Notes under the pieces: generated by a model | The model's database searches: none | Told to the model about the DNA's origin: nothing | The model's input: only the letters and a program-made list of their open reading frames with translations | Translations under genes and position numbers: made by a program | In this document: piece after piece, positions 24,944 through 35,881 of the stretch | Numbering within the stretch: the stretch's first letter is position 1 | How the letters are laid out: the number at the start of each line of letters is the position of its first letter | Assembly (NCBI GenBank): GCA_973895155.1 | Contig: OZ316895.1 | Span: forward strand, 14,194,225 to 14,258,224 | Direction of reading: 5' to 3' | Source of the DNA: Marsupella aquatica | Taxonomy: Eukaryota; Plantae; Marchantiophyta | Length of the DNA: 64,000 bases

Positions 24944-26773
24944 AAGCCTGGGAGGTGACGTTAAGGTGATCAAAAATTTTGTGACGTGTTGGTGACGATT
25001 TTTCCAGCGGTTAGAGTTAGTGGATTTCACGGAGTTCCGTCGCATGGAACTTGGAGGTGTAGGGCTCAACAGATAGATCGGGGCAAGGGCTTTCCGACGG
25101 TGCAAAGAAATCTCTTAACGAAGTTTGTGGTGCGGAGGAATTCATGTTTCCATGGTTCTAGATTTTATGTGATTCGTGTTCGACGGTTTTCTCCGACGGT
25201 TCTTTCGGGGGGACCTGAGATCGTTTACTCAATGGTGTGAGATTTGTGGTGGACAAGGTGACGCATACTATAGCTCAAATCGTAGATCGGGCAAAGCTGA
25301 TCGTTTTGGTAGCTGGTTTGCTCTCGAAGGTATAGCGAGTGCGACGTTCCGAGCAAAAGAGCCGTTCTCAGTTTCTGACCGGCTATGGAGACATAGCCTT
25401 GGCTGAAGCAGGTTTCTCGATGTCACACTCGGCTCGGGGGGAGAATTGCAAAGTACTATGGCTTCACGGAGAGATCATGGCGACGTGATCATTCTGAGTC
25501 TGGGATTGGCACTTGATGTGCAATGAGGGAGACACAGCGGAGATTTTATGTTGCTGGACCTGCTGACGGCAAAGGGGAAAATCCAGAAATATTTTTCATG
25601 TCGGTCGGCACTTTTCCTATTTGAAACGACATCTGTTTAGTGAGTAACCCAGGCTTTTTTGTTTAAGCAAATTTGTGATTTTTTAAAGGGGTTTAAGGGC
25701 CATTTTTTGTGTGTGTATACACACATCGGCTGGCCCCATACTCTTGCTTACCCGGTATACGGTCCCCCCTGCACGCGCATAGGGCGCAAATTTACTCGCG
25801 GCCACCTCCCCCTCCCTCGCGACCCTTCGCCTCCCCTCTTTATTGCATCATAGGGCCCCGTGCCCTCCCTCCTGCATCTCCTCTTTACTCCCGGCCATCC
25901 CCCCTCCCCCTTCGCGTGCGCGTATAGCGCCTTGACACCTCACCCCCTTCTTACATGCTACATAGGGCCTCATGCCCTCCCTCCTGCATACGCACTCGCT
26001 CCCCTACCTCCCCTGCCTTAATGCTCCATAGGGCCTCGTGCCCTGTCTTGGCGCCCGTATAGGAGCACGTATTTGCGCCTCCCTCTCGCAGTACTCTGCC
26101 TGGCCCGTCACGCGTATAGGCGATGCGGATGTGCCTTTTTTATTATACCTGTATTTTTTTAAAAGGGATTCCCCCCCTTTAGGGCAATTTTTCTTTTTTC
26201 TCTTCTTTCTCCCATTGGCTAAGCGGCAACCCGGGCCCGGTGACCCGGCAATTTAACCGCTCCGACAGGGGGAATGGCCCCTTGTGAGACCTGCCGTACA
26301 GTCCAAGGAATATTCTGAAAAATCAGAGAGTTGTTTTTTGGACTTTAGTCAAAGATTCCAACGTCGGAATGGTAACTTTTTTTGGATCTTTTTTGGCAAG
26401 GACGTAGCCACTGAAGCTAGCAACGCGGTGCACCACTCGATTTGCATTTCCGACGACGGGTGGTACTTGGAATTTTTTCTTATTCCCCGAGGTGGTCAAA
26501 ACAGGGGAGAATTTTATGAGTTTTACCCACCCCGACCGAAACATGAAAAAGTTTTTTGTTAGAACTCGGTTTCAATTTTGGATTTCAGTGTTGGCTTGCT
26601 AGGTTGGTGGGCTAAGTGGCGGTGATAAGTTTCAAGTTTTTTGAAAAGTTGTGAAAAACGAAGTTTTTTCATGATTTGGATTTGAGTCAACGGGACGGAA
26701 GGAAGGAAAAAGTGACAAAAGGATACAAGGAGCGACAAAAAACTAGCACGTGGAGATCGTCGGGAGGACAACG

Positions 26774-27467
26774 ATGGCATCCAAGTTTGGAGGTGTTAAG
26801 TTTGAGGTGGAAAAGTATGATGGGCGCACGGATTATTTGCTATGGGAGAAGTAGGTTAAGGAAATTCTTCGTGCTATGGGCCTAGATCATCTGCTCTCCA
26901 CTCGGGAGGAGTCTAGCAGTGAGGAGGAGATCCCGTTGAGGAAATGGAGGCAGGAGCAAGTGATCGCTGTGAATGCGGTTATGTTATATTTGAAGCCGCA
27001 TATCATTAAGAAGCTGGACGATTACGAGGATTGCGTATCCTTATTCAAGGCCCTTAGAGAGAAGTACTACCGAGAGGATGCCTCAGATCGATTATACAAG
27101 AAGTCTCTCTTGATGAGCTTGAGGCTAAAAGAAGGAGGCAAGCTTCGAGATCACTTGGATGAATTCGACAGCCTAGCTGTAGATTTGTCAAATCTTGGCA
27201 AGGGAGTGGAAGATGAAGATAAGGCATTGCTTCTTCTCAGTTCCTTACCTCCATCGTATCAAGGTTTGAAGCAGGTTCTCTTGTATAGAGATCTCAAAAC
27301 CATTTCATATGATGAGGTGGTAAGCTCTTTGTTGTCAGATGATGCACAGAAGAAACTGGGTCATGCCCAGACACCATCTTCATCTGGCAGTGCATTGAAT
27401 GTTAACCGCGGAAGGACTCAACAACGGATGACTGGTGAAAATAGGTCCTTTTCACAAATGTACCCCT
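26774..27467 (+). pseudogene. gag: gag of copia D, 5' part (continues at 35673-35881)
   Basis: MASKFGGVKFEVEKY..., one TAG near the start; removing 27468-35672 gives in-frame ...QMYP-SRNRGKEK... Confidence 0.9.
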
Positions 27468-27788
27468 AACAAGAAGCCTTAAGGGATGAGTCCAAAGCCT
27501 TATTTCTCTTTTCAAAATCTTCATGATATTAAAAAGTGTATACCAAAAAACCACCAAAAAATGGTATGTATTTTCCAAACTAGACTCAAGAGAATTTTAC
27601 CACCAAAATCTAAGCATATCTTATATGATATTCTCACAATTGTATAAACCTTGAAATATGCACTTTATAAAAGTAATCAAAATCAAACTCATCGATCAGA
27701 GTTTAAGTCAAACTCAAAGTTTTACAAAATATAACCCAACTTAAGCCCAAGTGGTTTCAAATGCTACGAGTCCCTCTATTTATCTAGT

Positions 27789-30700
27789 CTAATCCAAAGG
27801 GACCGCTTCCCCTTCCTCGGTTCCGGAAGTCCCTGTCGTCAATTCTGGAATAATTGTGGCATCGTCAACCACGCTATCCTCTTCGGCCTGAGGAATGTCT
27901 TCCTCACTCTCCTCATCCATCTCCCCCTGTCCGTCTTCCTCTTCAATGTTATCTGCAAGGTTAAGAATCCTCCCTTTCAACACACTGCTTTGTCGCTCGT
28001 CAATCTCAATGGCAACGCAATGTCTCCCCATGGCCAAGGAGGAGGTTGTCCCAGTCCCTGATCCTGAACAAATATCCAAAACCCAGTCTCCAACCTGACT
28101 AAAATGACTCACTTCCCAATCTAACAATGCACGTGGTTTCTGATAAACATTCACTGCCTTGTTATCCCCGTTGTGTTTCAGCTTCTTAGTCACAGCTGCG
28201 CATACAACCACATTGTTCCTTGATTCATTTGTGTCAAAATTGAAGTGCTCCAATGACCGTTTACCATCCTGGCTGTGAAAGCCAATTGTAAAGCACTCAA
28301 AGTTGCTGTTCAATCTTGGTCCACCAGCATTCTTCACATTATCCTTAACCCTGAAAAGTCACAAAAAGTCAAGGAGTTATTTAAACTGAGAAACATGGTT
28401 CATGAAATCATGAATAACTAATAGTTGTTTTTTTCAAAAACAAATATTTCTTACCACACACAATTCTGGAACCCTCCATTACACTCCGCTTTCAAAATGG
28501 TCTTGATGGCCTCATATTGGTCAAGGCTGTGGTGAATGATAATACGCCACAACTTTGCAGTAGTAGCCACCTTGAACGATTGGACCATTTTTGTGATCTC
28601 CTCAGTTCCCCATCCAATAGTGTCTTCATGAAGACATCCAGGCAATGCAAACCCGTAGGGAATATCCACTAAAGCTAATGTGTAAGCCCGACCCGGAACC
28701 ACCTCATGTAATCGCTGAGCATCATGAGTAAAAATATCATAGTGCACATCACCAAACTCTGGATGCTCAAACGAATTTGGATGAAGTTCCCCCTCTTGGG
28801 TTTGCCGACTAGAAGTCTTCATGGATAGCCAATTTTGGGCTTGCACAATATGCGCATTGAATTTGTCCGGGAATGACTTGAGATCTTTGCCTTCCTCATC
28901 TCCCTTCTTTTTCCGGGAGGTGGTATCTTTCTACAAAAAGGAACTGTAGAATTAGAAACAAGGATTCCAAATATTAAATGAATTCAAACAATCATTCGAA
29001 GAAAGGTGACAGAATCTTACCCATGTCTGGAAAACAGGTACAAAATTCTTAAGCACATTGTCTGTGCAATGCTCAGGGTACTTGGTTTTACAACCTGACC
29101 AACTCTCCTCGTGTAGACACGTGAGGAAGGCCTTCTGCACCTGCATCTGAAATTTGTGTCGAGTAAATTCGTGACCCATTTCCTGTAAAGAGAGTTCTTT
29201 AGTAAGAACTCTCTGTAACACTGGGCAAATCATATCAGGATCTTTCAAGGCCTGCATGTGTCTCCACTCTGTTAATTTCATGTCCTCATAAGGCAATTTG
29301 GCATCTCCAGACTTAGAGACTTTCTTCTTGCCTTTGTCTCCATTTTGACCTTTGATCTCACACATCTCCCACTTGTCACAAATCTGCCTCATAAATGACC
29401 ACACAGGATCTTGTCGGAATGCCAACTGAAATAGGTTATCATTGGCATTAAGAACCTCAGCATCCTTTCGTACACCCCAATCCTTGAGATTGATTTCAGT
29501 AGCACACTCTTTCTTGAAATCCTGGTTGGACGACAATCCATTCTTAACAAATCTCATGTGAATATAATTTACTCTCTGGATTGTCGTCATCTGTTGTCGA
29601 AATTCAGAATCAATATTGTGACTCCACGCAAGGTTTCTTGCCTCTTGCACACTCAATCCCGCAAATATCCAAGATTGCACTCTCCGAAATGCCTTGTTGT
29701 TAGGGAACTGAAGAGCAAGGTCTGCTTTGGCACAGGCTGAATGGTTGCCCCCAATCACATAATAATGGTAATCAGCTTTCCTTGAAAAATCAAAGTCTTG
29801 CCTAGTAGCACACTCCTTCGGATCCACCAAGAGGACAAACGGAGCTGCAAGTGGACTGGCACCTACAGTCTTCATCCGCAAGGTCAATTGGGTCAAGAAA
29901 TATGGTTGGATGTGTCGGACCTGGTAAATGGGCAAGCCCACAGCCTTCTCTCTCACTGGAGGGTAAAGTTGACCAATGTCAACGGTCACGGTCTCCTCTT
30001 GAACACCACATCTTCCCAGAATCTCCTCCTGGTACAATACCCGTGCATCCATTGACATTGATTGAGCCTTTTGCTCCAAATGCGTTGGAATTTTCTCCAA
30101 AGTCTTCTTTTTTGACTTTGTAGCACTGGGCTCGGTAGGCTCAGGAGTCATAGCAGGTCGCTTCTTTGAAGAAATGTGAGTTCCAGTCGTACCTTGTGCC
30201 GACCCACCAGTCAAAGCCGTTCCCTGGGATGATCTGCCAACTTGAGATCCCCCTCCAGATGCTGTTGCTTCCCGGGAGGTTGTAGGCGCTACCACGGTCA
30301 AAATATCATCGGGTAAAATGCTAGGCCTCGATCCAGAAGGAACATCGGAAGCCCCAGATTTGGGTGGACGACTTACTCCCTTCTCTGCCGACCTTTTCCG
30401 GAGAATCTCTCTTGATTTTCGGATTGCACTCTTTAAAGTGCTAGCGTGAAATTCAAACACAAAACCGGAAATCTTTCCCGCGACGTCGTGGTAACGTTCC
30501 TCACTCGAAAGAGACTTGACAGTCTCAATGATGCTATCGATGTCCTCATCGAGATAGCAGGTGGCAGCCGTTCCAGAAAACCTCTCCACATCCACGACAA
30601 TCAAAGTTGATGTTTCCTTCGTTGTGATCAACATGTTCACAACTTCGTCGCCCCATCGAAATACATCGATGCGGCCGTAATTTACCCACCCTAATGCCCC

Positions 30701-30850
30701 CGATGGAAGCCCCTCAAATACACACAGCATTAGGAAGGGCTTCTTCCATGTTTCCGTCCCTAAGGAAATCGTCCAGGATGAGTTGTGGAAGTCCGTCAAA
30801 GGATGGCGCGAAAAGATGTCATCCACCAGCTCTTCCTGCGACATTGTCAT
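27789..30850 (-). CDS. ParB/Srx-like + beta-class N6/N4 DNA methyltransferase, copy 2 (exons 30850-29021, 28930-28455, 28350-27789), 955 aa
   Basis: Mirror of 6977-10038; open frame, same splice sites, DIPY and DICSGSGT intact. Confidence 0.85.
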
Positions 30851-31015
30851 GTTTTTGCCTGATCTTCAAACCTGAGAACATACCACAAAATCAGTCCACT
30901 TCAACCCCAACCTGCGAGACAAAGTGCCACAGAACCAAGGAATGTGCCAACAAATGGCTACTAAAACCGTGTCCTTACGGATCTAACAACGCTCTCGGCC
31001 ACCCCAGGACTCCTA

Positions 31016-31166
31016 TCATGAATTCATGAAGGGAGTCTCCCTCTCGCTCCGACCTTCATGAATTCATGAAGGGAGTCTCCCTCTCGCTCCGACCTTCATG
31101 AATTCATGAAGGGAGTCTCCCTCTCGCTCCGACCTTCATGAATTCATGAAGGGAGTCTCCTCTCTC
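31016..31166. repeat. 40-bp tandem repeat (4 cores) with 20-bp palindrome, copy 2
   Basis: One more unit than 6701-6811, accounting for the 40-bp length difference. Confidence 0.95.
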
Positions 31167-31604
31167 TTTGCTTGTACACCTCGGTGATGCAGAAGGGTAT
31201 TTAAAATAGGGTTTGGAGGGGGGTGACGTGAAGAAATCACCCAGGGCCTAAATTACTACCTAAAACAGGGTCGAAATGAAGTGCGACCGAGACAACTCGC
31301 GACACGTCGCCGATGAGTGCTGAAAATGGCACGAAATTGGATAGCGAGATTGTTTTTCACTCTTTTACAAAGGAAATCCAAATGACATTGAGTGAAAATG
31401 AATGGGCTGCCCCGTGTTCCTTGGTTATACATACTAATCACGGATCAGGCGCGACTTAGTAAAATTAACCCAGAATCATGATAAATCAATGTTTTTGGGC
31501 CAATTATTCATGAATATTTCGGGGTATTAACGGGAAAAAGCTTGCAAATTTCATGAATATTTGATATTTTTGAAGTTAAAAAGTCCCAACAATCCGTGAA
31601 AAAC

Positions 31605-31612
31605 TATAAATA
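31605..31612 (+). promoter_or_regulatory. Putative TATA box of the transposase gene
   Basis: TATAAATA ~105 bp upstream of ATG 31710 (mirror at 6255-6262). Confidence 0.45.
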
Positions 31613-31709
31613 GGCTCGTTTATTCATGACTCTTGGTCATTATTTTGAGAACATTTGTTAGATTTTACTGATTTTCTGAGTTTCCTGTCAATTTGCACTA
31701 GTTTTTCCA

Positions 31710-34700
31710 ATGGCGGCGTGTTACGAATCAGATGATTATTCAGATGGAGTTTCTGATGATGTTTCATTGCCGGATGGCCCTTGCACAGTGGTTGGCCCAG
31801 ATATCCCTGGAATAACTACTGTTTTAGATATGCCATCCCCCACCCCTATGAGCAAGTTAAAACGTAGTCCTTTACGACTTGCAATTAGTGGGAAGAAATC
31901 ATTGGTCGGTGGTAAAGAGAGGTCAGGGAGCTCCTCTGACTCCTTGGAGAGTATTGGTCCCCCTGGACGTCAAGTTGTATCTCCTTTGTCACCAACAAAG
32001 GACAAATTGGGGAGTAATCTGGAAGGTTCAATGCCTATTTGGATGTCTGGGAAACGGTCTCATGAATTCATGAAGACTGGATTTGGAAAGACGAAGAAGG
32101 CACTAAGTGGGGAAAATGACAGAGATTTTTGCAATCTGCAAAGTGTTCAGCGGCTGAAGCAAATGCCAAAAAGTAAAACCTTTGGTAAGCCAACGTCGGA
32201 AACATTTCACAGGGGGATGAGGGAAGAAACTAGACGACCAGTGTTATTGAAAAGTATTCCAGAAAAGAATTCTAATGTGCGTTCCTCAGTTTTACCTAGG
32301 AGTCATGGTGTTGGGGCAGGGAGCGGATCAAGTCACGGAAACTCAAACAGGGAAACCAACCTGGTGGAGAGGGACCCTAGGAAAATATTGAAAGGGTCCC
32401 TACACGGTAATGGAGGGATTTCTGAAATACGCCCAGGTATTCCAAGGGTGCATAGAGTGAAGGAAGAGCCTCCATCTCCGAAGGCTGCAGGTCTGGAATC
32501 TAGGCATGTTCAGAAGCAAATGTTGGTGACCATTTCATCATCGAATGAAAGCGAGTCTTCGGAGAGTGGGGAGGATGATGATGTTCCGGTGGCATCTAGT
32601 CGTTACAAACGTACGAGCAACGCCACTTTGTGTGAAACAAAGTTGAAAGAGGAGGATATCAAGAAAACAAATAGTAAGTACTGTTGTCAGAGTCATTGTC
32701 TCCTAAGTCTATCTCCAAAAGAAATTCGTGAGGCCCGTTCTAAATTTTTGAGGCAGAAATCTCAGGATCGATCTTTATCTTTGCAGTGGCTTATAAAGCG
32801 AGACGGAAATGAAGGAGGGAGGCAGACTATATCTTACACGTTTGGTCAAAAGATTATTTGTCGGAAAGCTTTCAAGCTTATATTTTGCGTTGGCAATCAT
32901 AGATTAAATAGAATTTTGAAATTAGACAACCAAGACTTAGGATATTCTAAACCAGTTGGACGCCCTCCATCTGTTAAAAGATTAGTCTTGGTCAGTTGGC
33001 TTAGGTCGTTTTTTGAGACACGCGTGGAAACATTGCCAAATAAAGAAGTTTCACATTTACCGGATAATTATTCAAAGCTGGAGGTATGGAAGATCTACGA
33101 CTCCAACTATGCCAAGATTGATGAATCTTCAAAAATATCCTATCGACAATTCTTGAAAGTTTGGGTTCAAGAATTTGGTCATGTGAAGATTCCTCCAGTC
33201 AATCGATTCAGTGCTTGCGCGGATTGCGAGGAGTTCAAATCAATTCGGGACAAAGCTGTCTCGGACACCGAAAAGAGTAAGTTGCTTACAAGTTTGACAA
33301 GTTTTTGTTTCAAGAATATGGCTTAACACATGATTTCTAATTTTTTTTGAAGAAACTAACAAGTTGTTTTTCCAGGGCGAGGGGAAATTATGTTACAAAA
33401 ACATAGAGACCAACAATCCAAAGAACGTGAGAAACTCGCGAAGCATCGTAAGAAATGTTTTTCAAATTCTGATAAATATTTGGGAGTTGTCATTGATGGG
33501 ATGGATCAGAAGAAGACAAGGTTGCCTCATTGGCCGCGGCCCCCAAAATCGGTGGACGAAACATGTTTGATCCAAATGCACATTGTCGGATGCCTGGTTT
33601 TCAATGGTGCACTATTTTCAAGAGTGTTTCTTAATTATCCTGTATTGCATAATGATGGAAACTTGACAGTCACAATCCTGCAAAGGGTGTTTCACGAATG
33701 GGAAGAAAAGCCTGGTGGCTTGCCGCCTGTTCTCTATCTTCAACTTGATAATACCAGTAGAGAAAATAAAAATAATTTACTCTTTGCCTATCTTCATATG
33801 TTGATTCGAAGAAAGGTTTTTTGGAAAATCAAACTAGGATTCTTGTTGGTTGGACACACACACGACCAAATAGATCAAATGTTCAGTCAATTTTCTAAAC
33901 GACTAGCAAGGTTTAAGGCATTCACATACGAAAGCCTATGTGATATTATTTGTGAATCATATCAACCCCAACCAAATATCGCTCTTTTAAAGGAAACATA
34001 TGATTTCCGTCAATATGCCTTCTCAGATCCACCTTTAGTCATTGAAAGGATTCGAAATGTTACCTTCCACCACTAGTACAAATTTGCATTTGACAAGTTG
34101 GAAAATCAAGTTCCAACCCAATGGGGGAAGAAGTTTTCCACGGACTCAACTTGGAAACCTGACGGAGGCGTGAAATTTTTGAGGGAAGAGGAGCCAGAAA
34201 AGGTGATGGGTTGTGCTCCCGGATTACCCCTTTTCAAAAAGGGGGATAAGAACGTTACAAGGACTCAACCAAATATGTCTAGTTCTTCAAGAATGACTTT
34301 GAAGGAGATGGATGATTCGTTAAATGAGATTCAAAAGGGAATACTTGCAGTTGAAACTTTATTCTTAGAAGAGGAAGTGAACTGGTGGAGAATGTTTTTT
34401 GAAGAGCAACGGGAATTGAATAAATCTTTGCTCCTTGATCAAAGACCATTGATTTTCCCTTTTCAATGGCCACGCTCCCAAAGGGAGATTGCTGTTGCTG
34501 CTGAAGTTCCCAGAGTCCTTGTCAATGAAGAGGAAATTGAAGAGAGAGTATACGGACCTACCAGAGATATATACGTGGGTCCTTATCGGAATCAAGGAAA
34601 GATAGATGCAGAGAAGGAGAATATGGAAGGAGACTTTTCGGATCTTGAAGTCAACACTTATATTTCTGTTGCTGGAGAAGAATCGGAAACATTTTGGGTG

Positions 34701-35108
34701 GCCAAGGTGGAAAGAATTGACCAGCGCGACGAGTTCAACATTCCAAAAATGATTTATGTTTTATGGCATGCTCCAAAAACCGGGTCAGATCCTTGGAAAG
34801 CCAAGTACTTACCAGAAGTCTTAAACTACGAAAAGAAGAAAAGTGGTCGTGGGAAAGGAACTTTGAAACCAATATGGTTTCACCAAGAGCTTGATTTATC
34901 TTCAACGACTGTTTTTGCTTACAACTTCATGTTGACAAAATCTGATACATTGTACAAAAAGATAGTAGATCGAATCAAAATCCGATTGACTGAATTTTTG
35001 GCAGAAGAGAAAGAGCAAGAACAAGAGAATGGATCAACTAGAACCCCGCTAGGAGATAAATCTAGGGATATTTTGTTTCAAGAATTGAGAACTTCTGGAT
35101 CTGAGTAA
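31710..35108 (+). pseudogene. Sola1-like DDD transposase, copy 2 (exons 31710-33276, 33376-35108; in-frame TAG at 34074-34076)
   Basis: Donor A|GTAAGT at 33277, branch ACTAAC, acceptor TTTTCCAG at 33375; spliced frame ...TEKRRGEIMLQKH...; same motifs as copy 1. Confidence 0.8.
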
Positions 35109-35881
35109 TGAAAAGTAGTTATTGTTTGTGACATTACCATTGAAAAACATGGATAACTTGAAAATTTACAAATTTTCAAAATGCCTTTACCACTTATTCA
35201 TGAATTCATGGTTAAAGTTTCTTGAGAAATTTGTAGTTTAATATTATCTTAGTGGGTTGTGTTTCAATTCAATTAGATGGTGTCATTTCTATTCTCCTTG
35301 TCTTCTTTTCACAATAATGTGTATCAGGTTAAGTTGTAGTAATTTATTTTCTGGTTTTTAAATGACAATGGCTTTTGGAGGTGATTTAGTTGTTGTTTCA
35401 AAAGACACCTCGTGTAATTGTGAGACCATTGTAGATAATAGTGTTGTATTTGAGATCATTTATTGGTGGAATGTAACTTCAGATGAATTTGGTCATTTTT
35501 AGGTGTCAAAACATAGCTAGTTTATGTCATATTTTGTTCGCTCCATATTTTTGCTCTAAAATAGGTGCTAATTTTTGCACTTTTTTTGACTTTTTCGTTG
35601 TTTTTCTGATTTTTTGGCTAGAGTTCCTAAAGTATGGGCTTGTTACTCATCATTTAAGGCTTCTTGTTCCCTCACGGAATAGAGGTAAGGAGAAGGCTCG
35701 GTCTAAGTCTAGATCCAGGTCTAGAGAGAAATCTCTAGAAAGGAAACCAATTATATGCTGGAAATGTAACAAGCCTGGCCACATGAAACGAGACTGTCGA
35801 GTCAAGCAAACTCATCAACCATCAGCAAACGCAGCCACTGATGTTGATATGATTGACTTGCTTGATGATGAAATCTTTTGA

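Larger units (their letters stand above)
27468..35668. mobile_element. Sola1-like TIR DNA transposon carrying a ParB-like/N6-N4 DNA methyltransferase gene, copy 2 (8201 bp, both TSDs intact)
   Basis: TIRs 27468-27499 and 35637-35668; 4-bp TSD CCCT at 27464-27467 and 35669-35672; excision restores the gag frame. Confidence 0.95.

Noticed and set aside
22696-26780. Many 70-150 aa ORFs in GC-rich copia leaders (also 38760-39261)
   Set aside because: Not conserved among elements B, C and D; explained by GC richness
35483-35668. N-terminal part of ORF 35483..35881 (and 1986..2384) as a real fusion protein
   Set aside because: Chance read-through from the transposon end into the interrupted gag
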